From Neovahlkampfia damariscottae (Eukaryota), in contig JABLTG010000023.1 of the NCBI GenBank assembly GCA_016618085.1, positions 1 to 64,000 on the forward strand: 64,000 nt of DNA, read 5' to 3'. Shown one piece after another: positions 34,487 through 47,493 of the stretch (the first letter of the stretch is position 1; each line of letters begins with the position of its first letter). Under the pieces are notes generated by a model. It searched no databases and had not been told where the DNA came from. It was given only the letters and a program-made list of their open reading frames with translations. Made by a program: the position numbers and the translations under genes.

Positions 34487-36340
34487 ATGCTAAAAAATTT
34501 CCTCAACGCAGGTGTGAGAAGTCAAAACTTCAAAAAATACACCACAGAAACCATAAAAACTCAAACTAAACCAGGAAAAATCAAAAAATTCCTCAAAATA
34601 GTCGCAGGTACAATAATAACAGTCGAAGCAGTTTCTTTCACCACAGCTTCTCTTTTCAACCGACTTGACCCAGGAACAGACATTTATTTAACACTTTCTC
34701 CAATAGTACAACCATTAGAAATACTTGCTCGAGTTCAAAGATCAATCTCCATTATGTTATTTATTTACTCAAAACATTACGCAGCTGAATGGTATTATAA
34801 AGGAAAAGAAAATGAACTTGAAATGTTATCAGAGATTTATAAAAAGAATGCTGAAATGTTACTCAATTTATTCAACAAAAATGGTGGAACTTATCGAAAA
34901 ATTGGTCAAGAAGTTGCTTCAATGAGAGATTTTCTACCTGATGAATATTGTAATATTCTGAGTAAATTATTTGATCAAGTACCTGCTGAAGATTTCGATT
35001 CAATCAAGTACATATTCAGACAAGATTTTGGAAAATCGGTTGAAGAATTGTTTTCAGAATTTGATAAAGTTCCAATGGCTTCGGCATCATTGGCTCAAGG
35101 TTTTTTTTTTCACACCAAAAAAAATTAACATTTTTTTAGTTCATCGTGCTGTCACTTTTGATGGGAAAGAAGTTGCTGTTAAAGTACAATACCCAAGAGT
35201 TCAATATTTCTATACAGGTGATATTTTCACTCAAGATTTAGTTGATAAATTTATGCAATTGACTCAACCAAGATCAAGAAGAACTGATATGGATGAAATT
35301 AAAAAATCGTTGGAAATGGAGTTAAATTTCATAGAAGAATCGAAAAATGCATTGAAAGTAAAAGAGAATTTCAAAAATCAATCATGGATTTATGTGCCTG
35401 ATGTTGAAAAATCATTGACTTCAAAAAGAATTTTGACGATGGAATATATTCATGGGATCAAGGGAAATGATCCAGAAAGGATGAAAAAAGAGGGATTTTC
35501 GTTGAGTGAGGTGGCAACAAAATTGTTCGGTGCTATTGCTGAACAAACATTTACACATGGATTTCTTCATGCAGATATGCATGGTGGAAATTTCTTTGTT
35601 AGAAGAAATCCTGATAATTTGAAAGAAACTCAAGTGGTTTTAATAGATCATGGTTTGTACAACAAATTGAGTGAAGATTTCAGACTTCATTATTGTAAAT
35701 TTTGGAAAGCTCTTATTTTAAGAGATAATGATTATATCAAAGAATATTGTGATAAATATAATATAAAAGATCCAAACTTTTATTCAGGGATGATTTTAAT
35801 GCAAGGTTTTGACAAGGTTGGACCAGGTAAAAATAGAATTTTTCTGACTAATACCAACAAGGTCCAATTGAAGATTTTGATAATATTGGAAAGAAAATGA
35901 CAAGAAGTAAAAGAAAAAAAATGATGGAAAACATGAATACAAAAGAAATGGAAGAAAAAATGGAGAATATGTTTTTGAATATGCCATTGGAAATGTTACT
36001 TATCATGAGAACTAATTTTCTCCTTCGAAGTGTTAATCAAATTTTAGGGGCTCCAGTCAACAGATTTTCTTTGTTTGCAAGAGTTGCCGCAAGAAATGTT
36101 GATGTTTCTGATCGTTCAACTTGGATTGGTTATTTCAAGAGTTTAAAAAATCAGATTTCGTTTGATTTGAGGATAAAATTTGTTGAATTTACAACTTGGA
36201 TTTCATCAATTATCATTAATCTATTCGGTTTTGAAAGTTTTATTTCAAACAAAACTAGCAGTGCTCCAAAGAATCCAGAAGCTTTGATTGAAAAAAATGA
36301 AGAAATTGCAGTTGAGTTGACTCCAATTGCACAAGATTAA
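34487..36340 (+). CDS. ABC1/UbiB (ADCK1/5-like) atypical kinase
   Basis: KIGQ, ASASLAQ|VHRA (intron 35100-35139), VAVKVQYP, HADMHGGN, LIDHG. Second intron ~35827-35861. Confidence 0.9.
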
Positions 36341-36443
36341 ATTTTAATTTATATTTTTGTTTTCTTCAAAATTTTCTATGAACACTAAAAATAAATTCTT
36401 CCGCCTTTTCTGTATTTAATTGGACAACCGGAACTTTAAATCT

Positions 36444-38013
36444 ATGACAACAGTACTCACCTACATAATATTATTTGTAGTTACAGCAATACTAGTAAAC
36501 CAAAAAAAACTTGTTCTAACCACCAAAGTTCTACACCTTGAACTATTTCTATGAACATTTCAAACAAAGATATTTAACAAGAAACATACCAGGAGAATCA
36601 GTAATGTTTCCATTTCTTGTTTTTTTAGATCCAAAAAAATTACCATTAGAAAAAAAAAATTTAGTCAGATTTCAAAAAGAATATGGTGATTTTTCAAAAT
36701 TAGTCTTTGGAACAAGAACATTTTACTATGTCAATAACACAGATGTTTTTAAGAGAATTTTAGTTACAGAATGGAAGAAATTTGGAAGAGATCCAAGATT
36801 TCAAAATATCAATAGATACAAAAAATTAGGATTATTCTCATTAAATCCAAATGATGAATGGAAACGTCATAGAACTATTTTGGGTGCTGCATTCTCAGAT
36901 GTCAATTTGAAACAAGAATTTGAAACAAATATTAATAAAATTACAGATGATTTGATGAAGAGATGGAATGTTATCGCTGATAAAAATGGTGAAACAAATG
37001 CTTCAAAAGATTTTGGTGCTTTGACTTTAGACGCCATTGGAATTTCAGGTTTTGGAAGAGAATTCAAAACTATTGAAAATCAAGATTATACATATGCTGA
37101 TATTATCAACACTTTATTTAAAGGACTTGGATATAAAGTATTGTTGCCAAAATTTATGTGGTTACTTCCAATTCCATTTTTACAAAATATCAGTGACTCA
37201 GATGCCAAATGGGGAAATTATTTAAAAGATATTGTAGAAACTAGAAAAGCAGAATTAAAAGAAAAGGATAAAGAAGGATTTACAGTTGAAAAATCTGATT
37301 TGTTAAGTAGAATGATGAAATCACATATTCAAGATGAAAATCCATTTGATCAAGATGAATTATTATCCAATACAAATGATTTTATTGCTGCAGGACATGA
37401 AACGTAATTTCTTTTTTCTCAAAAATTCTAATTCTTTCACAGCACAGCTCATACATTAACATGGATTTTTTATTTCCTCTCACAAAATCCAAAATATCAA
37501 CAAATGATTTGTGATGAAGCAATCAAAGAATTTGGTGATGAAAAAGTCTTGAGTTATGAAAAATTGGCGAATGGATTTTCATTCACAAAAGCAATCATTT
37601 CAGAAACTTTGAGATTAAAAAATCCTGCTTATTTAACAACAAGATACTCTTTTGAAGATATAGAAGTTGAAGGTCATAAAATCCCTAAACATTCAAATAT
37701 CGTTTTAGGATTTTGTAATGCAAGTGTTAGTGAAAAAATTTGGGGATCAGATGCAAAAGAATTTCGTCCAGAAAGATTTTTTGAAAAAGATATGAAAGAA
37801 CTTAGATACGTCTTTAGTCCATTTTCAATGGGACCAAGAGTTTGTATTGGAAAAAAATTTTCTGAAATGGAAATGATTTTGATTCTTGCAAAAGCGATGA
37901 TGAAGTTTAGATTGAAAGCCACTGATAGTATTAAGGAAGTTGGAGAAGTTATTGAATTGACAATGAAACCATCAAAACCTGTTATTGTTTCAATGTCACA
38001 TTATAAGCAATAA
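36444..38013 (+). CDS. Cytochrome P450
   Basis: N-terminal TM exon, WKRHR, AGHET, ETLR, PERF, FSMGPRVCIG; two introns. Confidence 0.95.
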
Positions 38014-38573
38014 AAATTTCTTTCTTGATGGAATTGAACCAAAAAAATAAATTTTCCAAGTGAAATATCGCAATTAAAAGTTTCTCATTTTAATTTTAAA
38101 TATTCAAGTGTTGATAGAAAACAATTTCATTTTGAAAAAATGAATAAAATTAAAAATGAAATTTTAAATCATACTCTCTATTGATTGTTCATATCCTATT
38201 GAGGTTCTCATTTTTAAGTTCTTCCAATGTAAAAACTACTAAACATTCTTTAGATTAACCAAAACAATTTTTGTGTTTTAATTTTTAGTTGCTTTTTATT
38301 TTTCAAAAAATTCACCATCATCAAAATTTAGTCGTTGGTTAATGAGAAGATGGACCTGCATCAAAATCCAAAGAAAATTCAATTGAAGATTGTTGTACTA
38401 TGATGATGAATTCGATATGATAGTTCAAGAAGAGGAAGAGGATTTGTCTGATGAAGAGTATGAGGAAGAAACCAGTTTAGTTTCAGTTCCACTGGAATGA
38501 AATCAGAAGAACAAAATAACAACAACTTTGAACAATACTAAAGAAAGATACACTCTTGACTTTTAAATTTTAT

Positions 38574-39361
38574 TCAAATCAAAATTTTTTGAAATTTTTC
38601 ATTCCTTTTCACCAATTCATCTTTAACATTTTGAGGAATTTGAATCTCTTCAATTATTTCTTTTGCATTTTCAGTTGAAAGAGTTGATATTTCTTCAATC
38701 AATTTTTCACATAACGCCATTGAATTTCTTTCAAATGCCAATTTCAAAGGTAAGTTGTCTTCTTGTTCTTTCAACTTTTGAATTGATTTTAATTGAATTT
38801 TCAACAAATCTTCTTCAGGGACAAGTTCTTTCAAAGTTGGTAAAAAAACTTCTTCTCTATCATCAAAATGTTGCTCTAAAATACTTTTTAAAGAACTTAT
38901 TTCACCATCAATTTGTTTTAAAAACTTTTTTGATTTATTTTTCGAGTGATGAAATTTTTTTAGTTCTTTGATCAAATGTTGAATATGATGTAATTTTTGT
39001 GATTCCAAAATGTGCATTTTTTTGAATTTTTTTGAAATATTAGCAGGTAAAGTTGAATTTATAATTGATGAATATCCTAAACTTTCCATTTTTGAATGAG
39101 AATGTAAACAAACCGAGAATAGATTCAAAGAAGTTTGTAAGTTCTCGTAGTGTTCAATTGATGTTGGATTCTTTAAATACTCATTTGAGTTTTTAGATAT
39201 TTCATTTAAAGAATCTTTAAAAGCTTCAATCAAAAAAATATTTGTATACAAAGCCCCTGTGAAAGGTGAGTTTTTTGTAATAATATTATACCTGTTAGAT
39301 GGCTTTTTGTTGAGTAGTACTTTGGAGATATGGTTTTGATGGTTTTTTGTGCAAAATACAT
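38574..39361 (-). CDS. Degenerate hemerythrin/HHE-like protein with mitochondrial-type presequence
   Basis: MYFAQKTIKTISPKYYSTKSHL, intron ~39258-39292, LHSHSKME and QHFDDREEVFLP motifs. Confidence 0.55.
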
Positions 39362-39600
39362 GGAAATTTCAATAGTCTCTTCTCCGTGTGAGGAAAACGT
39401 TTTAGCTGAAGTAAGAAATGGTGGAGTGATCTGATTTGTTTATCTCAGAAAAATCAAGCCAATAATTGGTCTATTTTCCGAAAAGAGGAAAATCACAGAA
39501 CTGTATTTTTTCAAAAATCAAGCCCTCATTCTCTCCAACCAATAATTCCAAGATGCAAAAGAACATTTATTCAAATTAAATTTTTAACAATAGATTCTGT

Positions 39601-40971
39601 TCAATGAATCAAATTGTCATAATATTTTTGATGATATCGTTTCGATATCTGTGAGTAACAGATTATTGTATTTATAAGGAAGACGATACAAAACAGTATT
39701 AAGAGAATTGTTCCAACAAATCCTGATATTGCCCCAATAATAATGGGATTGTGGTCTGACTTGACAAAGAAATCTTGAATAGGTTTTCCTGAACATTCCA
39801 TTTTACTAAATACATCATTCATCTTCAAAAATATTGAAGAATGTACAGCCAATGGTTCTTTTAAAGTTGCTCGAACTATTGCATTTCCATGTGTTGAGAA
39901 AAAGAACGTTTTAGCAAAATGATACAAAGCTATTTGTCTTGAGCAATCAGTGCTATTTGTTTTTGATCTGTAAATGAAATAAGTGACTGAATTGATTGGA
40001 TATGACAAAAAACCTTTTGGATTCAAGAAATCAGCAGTAAATCTTGAATCAAATTCTACTCCAATTGCATCAACAGCAGCACTTGTTGTTGTGGTATTTG
40101 AAATAACAAAATTTCCTTCTGCATTTTCTATCTCGACTTCATACTTTGTGATACTACAACCTGTTTTTTCATCTTGCAAATATGAAATTGAATAATCAAC
40201 ATCTATGATTTCAGATGATATTTTAAAACCTTCAACACATAGAAAATAAGGGTCGGAGTATTGATTAGGCCATGTCATATTTCTTGAGATTGTAGTCCAT
40301 GTACGATCGAAATGATGAAGACCAGATGTAAAATCATAAGTTGTTCCTGAAATACCTGCCCTGACAATTCTACGAATTGGCTGTGCTGGTAATGAAATAG
40401 ATGGATTCAAAGATGTTATTCTGATATCGTTCCAGTGAGTAATTGTGTGATTAAAAATTTGTGAAAGAGTTCTTTGAGTTAGTCTTAATCTTAAGTGTTT
40501 TTTGAGTAGCTCTGGAATATTTGCCACGATACTTATTGAACCAACCTTACAGAATTAACTTGAAAATACGTAACTTACCTGAAAAGGAATACTAAAAAAT
40601 TGAATAGATATATTTCTTTACACTTGAAAACTAGGATCATTTATATAATCCTCTTCATCTAGAGGTGATTCACTTAAAGTAAAATCATAAATGTCTTTTT
40701 TTTGTTTTAAGTTTTCAACTCCGACTCCAGAACTTTGAGGATTTAAATGTTGAACGAATGAAATTACCCAACTGATTCATAATTTAGTTTAAATTGTGGA
40801 TTTAGAGAAGAAAATGCTGATTCTGAAAGTTTCATTGCCTGAATTTTAGTGTCGAGATGAATTTACCTGTTGAACTGTGGAAGAACCTGTTCCTCGTAGT
40901 ATCACTGTCGAAGAAACCAGGAATGAAATAGATAGAAAGAATATTAATTGTGTTCTGAAGTAGTGTAGCAT
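39601..40971 (-). CDS. Membrane-anchored PstS-like phosphate-binding protein
   Basis: Four introns give signal peptide, LRGTGSS, YESVGSGVG, IFNHTITHWND, VRAGISGTT, SYPI and a C-terminal TM. Includes 13-nt microexon 40579-40591. Confidence 0.8.
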
Positions 40972-41763
40972 CAAATGTTGTGTAGTGCGTCAATCAAGAA
41001 TTTTTCCTAACTGAGTCTTTTGTAGAAATTTTTTAATTCCGTTTGTATAAATTGGGTAATTTGCATCACCAAAATAGATGGACTTTTTTCATTTTGGGAT
41101 GTTGAAATTCGTTTGGAAAAAAACTCTCAGTCCCAATTTATCTATTTCGAAAAGACTTTTGACTTCGTTTTCGTTGAAAGAAGTCAGAAACTTCTTGTTT
41201 TTTTTTGAATGAAGACTTCAAGAACTTCTCTGAATTTGATTTTTGGAAACTAAAAAATATTTTATTATTTCAACACCCACTTCTCCATTCCAATTTTGAG
41301 TAGCGCATTGAATTTGAACAAGCTCTTGTGTTTTCTATGTATGGAACACCTTTAAATTTCTCAAAAAATATCTCCATTTTTCTGGTTTATATTTTATTTT
41401 TTTCATTTTCACCAATTGATTTCCAATGTCCTTGGTGTTTGATCTTGCACTTTTTAAACATGTAATTACCACCTAAATCTGGAAAAATGTCACCTTTACA
41501 AAAAACTCATGTTTAGTCTCTCTTTCAAAAGTTTCTTTTTCCATATACCTCCTTTTTCCATCAAAATAAACCTCTATTTCAATAATCTTTTGAAACTTTC
41601 AATCAAAGTTGACGTTTGAAGCTAACTGAAGCCTTAGCATGATGTCTTCTCTTAGTGTATCCAAAAAAATAATGTGAGTCATTAATTTTCTCATTTGAAA
41701 CCATTTCAATTTTCAATTAATAATTAATTTTGGTTGGTAAGCTTTTTAACAGTTTTGGATTTT

Positions 41764-41952
41764 TCATGCTTCCAAATCTCTTGCCAGATTTTCTTTGTTT
41801 CCCCTACCACCAATTTGAAACCCTTTCATTTGGCAGTAATTTTTTAAGTTTTTCAACTCATGTTTTTGTAAAAAGTTAGCAGCTTCTATTTTTCCATAAT
41901 TATTTCCTGACCTTTGAACCTTCATTTTTGGTTGTAAGTTTGTAGTTTCCAT
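41764..41952 (-). CDS. 62-aa SAP-motif-like microprotein
   Basis: LKNYCQMKGFQIGGRGNKENLARDL resembles the SAP consensus LKxxxxxxGLxxxGxKxxLxxRL. Confidence 0.45.
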   Translation of the reverse strand: METTNLQPKMKVQRSGNNYGKIEAANFLQKHELKNLKNYCQMKGFQIGGRGNKENLARDLEA

Positions 41953-42037
41953 TTTTTAGTGTTTTTTCACTGTTTTATAAATTTGAGTGACTTCTAAATA
42001 AAATTATCCAATAGAAGAACTTGTTTGATACAAAAAA

Positions 42038-42531
42038 ATGACCACAAAGAAAATTAAATCGTCAGCACAACCAGATGTACCAAGTGATGAAAATGATGCT
42101 CCAGAAGAGGTTTCAACAAAAGATCTTAAAAAACAACATGATAAAATCGAAAGTATGAAACTTTCAAAAAAAAGAAAAAGATTAAACACTAACATTGTTA
42201 GTTCTTTATTAAAAGAGTATAAAAAAATAAAAATAATTTTTAAAGAGAAAATCAAATTGAAAACAAAAAAAAACCATCACATACAAATTTAGAAACCAAA
42301 AACAATTACAAATTCGAGAAAACACCAGAATTAAAAAATAAACGAATTGACAATTTTGAATTGGACGTTGAAATTTTAGATACAAACAGGACAAATTTCA
42401 TTGACCCAAATATAAAAAATTGGTTACAAAAACATTTTTATGGAGAAAGAATTCAACGAGTAGAAACAGTAGATTGGTTATCAAATAAAAGATCTGAACC
42501 TATGCCAAGTTTAAAATTCAAAACAAAATAA
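42038..42531 (+). CDS. NOL7/Bud21-like nucleolar protein
   Basis: DAPEEVS motif. Intron 42217-42245 opens an exon ending WLQKHFYGERIQRVETVDWLS (NUC129-like). Confidence 0.55.
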
Positions 42532-42542
42532 AAAATAGTTAT

Positions 42543-43404
42543 TTAATTTAACACAGGAATATAATAATGCATGTCTAATTCATCTAAAGTGATTTTCATA
42601 ACAACTGCTCTATCTTCAATAATAGAACAAATGATTTCATTTGTACCCAATCCATGTGAAAATAAAAATCTCCAAAACTTTTTTATATCAACTTTTGCAA
42701 CTGCTCTTGTTTCATTATCTCTTTGAAATGGTTGACGATTACTACCTGATTGTTGTGAAGTTATTGGATGGTCAAGTGATTTATAAAAAGTAGAAACATT
42801 GACAAATTGTGATTCTATTGAAAAATTCAATGTATTTGCTAATGTAGCAGTCAACATCAACCTGTCATTCAATCCTTTCATTTTGTCAATAATTGATTTT
42901 AAATCTTTTAAATTTGGCATAGTTATTGAAATTGTAGGTAGAGGTAATGATGGTTCTTCAATATCTTTTACCTAAATAAATTTAAATATTATTTTTTTCA
43001 ATTTTTACTTCGTCTTTTCCAAGTACTTGAAGTGGGATATCTTGAGTAATATTTGCATTATTTACAGTGATTTCTAAAGTCAAAAAAGCAACTCCGTTTT
43101 TTTTTGAAAGTTTTACAATGATACTTTGAGCCTTTGAATAAGTTTTCAGTGCTGAAAGAATATTCTTTAAATCTAAAATTACCCAAATCTCATTATCCAT
43201 TGTACTCTCTATTCTGAAATCTGAAAATAGTGCTTTTGTTTTAATTCTTGACCAAATTTGAGTTCCGTCTTGATACTCAGTTTTCGTTATGAAAAACATT
43301 AATTTTTGAGAAAAACGAAAGTGACACTGTTCATTTGCCTTCTCATGAACTTGAAGTATTTTAGTCAAAAGTTGAGGGTTAGTTAATTTTGTTTTAAGTT
43401 TCAT
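42543..43404 (-). CDS. HUS1: Checkpoint clamp subunit Hus1
   Basis: QIWSRI, LFSDFRIES, VKLSKKNGVAFL, ITQDIP, MPNLKDLKSIIDKMK, HYYIP; one intron. Confidence 0.9.
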
Positions 43405-43520
43405 ATTGCTTGTTCCACAACCTTAATTCGTTCTCTTTAAAAATGATTTCATTGGACAAAAGAAATCAGTAAAAACAAGAATTTTCCAACAAAAAATTGA
43501 AAAAAAAAAAAAAAAAAGTT

Positions 43521-44395
43521 TTAATGTTTTTGGATGTCTGTAAAAAAATTTGAATGATGATTTATATCGTGTAATTCAGTTAAATGAGGTTGAGTCAGTT
43601 GAACATGTTCATAATTATGAAAAGGTTGATTCATATCTTGTAAGTAATGTTGTTGATCTTGATCAAAATGAATATTCATATCATAATGTAGCATCATTGG
43701 TTGTTCATAAAAAACTTGTGGTTGTGGATAAACTTGATAATAAAATGATTGTTGTTGTTGTTGATAAGATAATTCTTGTTGAATATCTTTTTGCATTGAT
43801 ACAGCTAAGTTATTTAGTAAAACTCTAATAGAAAGTGTTTCCTCTTGATTGAATTTATTAAGCATATCACTCATATTAAAACGATTTGGTATGAACATAG
43901 CTCCAAGGAATGTGTTAATGGCGTCATAATTGACTTTATCTATACTTGAAGGAAGCACTTGGTACTGAAGTTGTAAAGGCTGTGTTTGAAATTGTTTGGA
44001 ATACATTGAAAAAAGTTCAGTTGTTTTCCTTGAAGGGTATGGATGTGATGCTTTTCTTTTTGCTCTTGGTGGTGGAAAATTCAAACCCATCTTTTCTAAC
44101 TTTTTAAAGTGTTTTTGTGCGTGACTACGTATCTGTTTTCTAGTCTTTGTTTTTACATACTCCTCCACTTTCTTCCAGTTTCTTCGGAATTTTTCTATTG
44201 CCTCTAAAAATCGTTTGTGTTCACTGGTGACAATAAGGTTAGTGATGGAGGTTACGACTTACTCTTCAGTCCATTTTTCTCTTTGAAATGTTTAGTGATG
44301 AATGGTCGAAGTTACCTTTTTCGAACTATCGTGTATTTTTTTCTGAGCTTTGGTACGTAACTAGGTTTCTGTAATTTAGATGAATCATAGTCCAT
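43521..44395 (-). CDS. SHAQKYF-class single MYB transcription factor, REVEILLE/CCA1-like
   Basis: RKKYTIVRK|REKWTE|DEHKRFLEA...QIRSHAQKHF...PPPRAKRKASHPYP. Introns 44281-44315 and 44224-44262. Confidence 0.88.
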
Positions 44396-44793
44396 TTTTA
44401 GAAGATACTATTTATTAAAATCTAAAAAAAATCTACCTCAGATTTTTTCCTTTGATTTTTTCAAAAACGAATCTTTTTAAAGTAGGAGTGTGATTGGTCG
44501 ATTAAGCTTTAAATAATTTTCATTGGTTTCTAAAAATAATACTTGCCCACCAACCATAATTCTCCGACGCGGATAAATTATTTTTCTTTTTATTGCTTTC
44601 ATACCAAGCTCTACAGAATTTTAATTAAAAATTGGCAAATTTGAAAGGGTAACCAATGAAATAAACCAAAACTTCAATAAAGAAGTTAATAGACCAATGA
44701 AAAAATGCTTATACTTCAAGAAATTTTTCTTGTGAAATCATGTGAGGAATATAATTTTTTTATTCTAACAAAGTTGAAATTTAACAAATTATT

Positions 44794-45772
44794 TTATTTT
44801 GATTTTGCAAACATTGGGTCTGCGTATTTTTTCAATTCCATAATACTTGGGACATACCAGTAAGCTCCTGAAACGGCATTTGACAAATTTCCAATAATTT
44901 TATCAACACCAGGATTATGTGATCCACTCATAAAGTTCAAAGCATGATGAAAAGCTCTCATTTGATTCGCGTAAGCAATAAATAACAATCCATTTTCTTT
45001 TGAGTCACCAAAACTTAATGATTGACGATACATTTTCATTCTTGAATCAACTTTTCCAACATGAGAACAAGGTGGCATTGGATCTAATTCAATTGAATCT
45101 TTTTTTGTTCTTCCAATCATTGATTCTTGATCTTTGACTGAGAATTTATTCCATTTTTTTAAATCATGAACCCATTTTTGAGCAATCATAAATGAACCAC
45201 CAGTTTCTGTCAAAACATGTTCTTTTCTAACATCTGGTTTTAAATTATCAGTTCCGTCTTCAAAACCACCTAAATCACGTGCTAAACCATTTTGTCCGAC
45301 TTTATAAGCAAAAGCAGGTGTTTCTGTAATTTCCATCTCACCAAATTGTTTTTTAACTAAATTTGTAAAGGCAAAGGAAATATCAAATCTTTCATCTGTT
45401 GTTTTAGCTTTGATGTGTAAAAAAAAATCACCACCAGTATGTGGAAAAACTTTATGATTTGGATATTTAAACATAGTTGGGAAGTTAATTTCTTTTCCAT
45501 CATAACATTTATCTTTTAAAGACTCTCCAATAGACAAGACAACATTTTGTTGATATTGTAAAGTTTGTTTAGCAAGTCTTTGAAGAATTGGTAAACAATA
45601 CATTCTTGTTTTAATGGTGAATGTGACAAAGGAAGCGTATTTCTAAAGAACAAGTTTAATTTTTTTTTTTCTTTTTTTTTACCTCAGGGTTTGAAATGAC
45701 ACCATACTGATGTTTTGAGCATACAAAAACCATAAAAAGGAGAAAACAAAAAATTTGTTGTGACAACTTCAT
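44794..45772 (-). CDS. DyP-type (dye-decolorizing) heme peroxidase with signal peptide
   Basis: RDLGGFEDGTDN, QKWVHDL, IGRTK, SHV, YRQS. Exon 1 MKLSQQIFCFLLFMVFVCS; one intron ~45643-45682. Confidence 0.9.
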
Positions 45773-46389
45773 GTTTTGTTTGACCGTCGATTTTAGTAAG
45801 ACAAACCAATCAAAAAAAAATTACCTTTTTTATAAAAAACTAATTTCTTCCAAATTGACATCTTCCTTCCGCAGACAACTTAATTTTTTTATTTTTAATT
45901 TTCTTAATTTAAAAAAGACAAAGAGCGAGATGAGGACCAAACAATGCCAAATTAACAAGGACGAACCTTTCTCGTTCAAAAGAACAAGTAATTTAACAGT
46001 GATCAACATCATTTCCAATTTAAAATTGATTCAAAGACTTGAAGTAACAAAAAATTCCATCCGTGGGCACATTTCTTTTTTTCAGTCAGTAGAAAGTTAC
46101 CATAAAAAAACTGGACAATTAAGAATATATTCAAAATATATTCCTACAACTTAGGGTTAAGACTCTTTTGAAGTCTTCAAAGAATGAAAAAATTCAGCTA
46201 CATCTTCGAACGTCTTTCTCGTTGGAAATCAAGACCTTCTTGTTGACTCGTTTGCCATGAAAACCTCAAGCCATTCGAAATATCTCCTTCTCAATTTAAG
46301 GGTTTGGTCAAGAGAAATATCTCACAGTTTGAGGTTTGAAGACCAATCAAAAATTAGTTGATTTAAGAAAAAATTAAAATTAAATTTTT

Positions 46390-47052
46390 TTATTTTTGTT
46401 GTTTCCATTCTTCAATGGCTTTTTTTAAGCTCCAATTTGTCACAAATTGTTTTGTTTTTAATTCTGTTTGAGTTAATGGACAAGTGTTATTATTTTGAAG
46501 CCATTCTTCCAAAGCATATCTTTCAAATGAATGACCAGTCTCTACTAAAAATACAGGTTCTTCCATTAAATCAAAAGTAATTGGACATAAAAAAGCATCT
46601 GGAGGAGTATTTGTCTTTGCATTTGTATTTACATTTTCATTGTCACATGGTGATGATACCTCTTCGTTATCACCTTCAATTGAAATTTTGTCATATGAAT
46701 CAACTTGTGTCAATCTTAAATGAACTTGTGAATTTTGTGAATTCACAACTTGAATCTGTTCAGAATTTTTATCTTCCATTTGTTGATTTTCTTCAACCAT
46801 TCTGAGATTAATATTACTTTCATCTGGTTTAAAATCAAATTGTGAATCTTGATTTTTTTCATTATCTGATAAATTATACAAAGCGTATGCTGCAGTTCCT
46901 TTTTAAATTTTTAATTTTTTTTTTTTTTTACCTATTGCCAGAGTGGTAAAAACAGCTGTTTTGAAAATAGTTGAAGTTCCTATATCTGATTGTTCTTCAT
47001 CTCTTCTTCTTTGTCGTTCATGTCGTCCACTTGAACTTTGTTCGTTGCCCAT
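46390..47052 (-). CDS. U-box E3 ligase-like protein with N-myristoylation-like start and a TM segment
   Basis: MGNEQS start, intron ~46900-46931, PPDAFLCPITFDLMEEPV...GHSFER...CPLT. Confidence 0.85.
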
Positions 47053-47493
47053 TTTGATTTGTCAAAGTAGAGTTATTTTTGGAATTTATACTTTTCATTT
47101 GTCTGTTGAAAGAATGAAGTCTGCTGATGGTATTATACCAAAAGTTTGTCAGTAATCAGAATCATGGAGAATTTCATTTTGAAACAAAAAAAAAATTTTT
47201 CTATTCTTTAAACTTCAAGTAGTGATCAATACTTGAAAAATTTACTGTCTACTCATGAAGTACATCAGAATAATTTCATTTCAGGAGAGACCAAATTTTT
47301 CAGAAGTTTGAGCTCTTTTTGGTCAATACCACTTCTCCATCCAATAAAATCCCTTCAAAAATGAAGAATTCATTTGAAATACAAAAAAACCAAAAAAAAA
47401 AGAAAAAATGACAACCTTTTTTTCTTATTCGTCCAATAAAAAAAAAAAAATTTCAGCCAATAGTAACGACATTTCTAAAAAAACAAAAGGAAA

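Noticed and set aside
38340..38500. Acidic coding-like stretch (DDEFDMIVQEEEEDLSDEEYEEE)
   Set aside because: Interrupted by stops; no coherent gene model.
41030..41704. Possible small multi-exon gene on the minus strand
   Set aside because: Several alternative splicings and no recognisable motif to choose between them.
45771..46345. ORF 45771-46154, an AAACCTCAA/TTGAGGTTT inverted repeat and one TTAGGG
   Set aside because: No protein motifs, the 9-bp repeat has no target-site duplication, and a single telomere-like hexamer is expected by chance.
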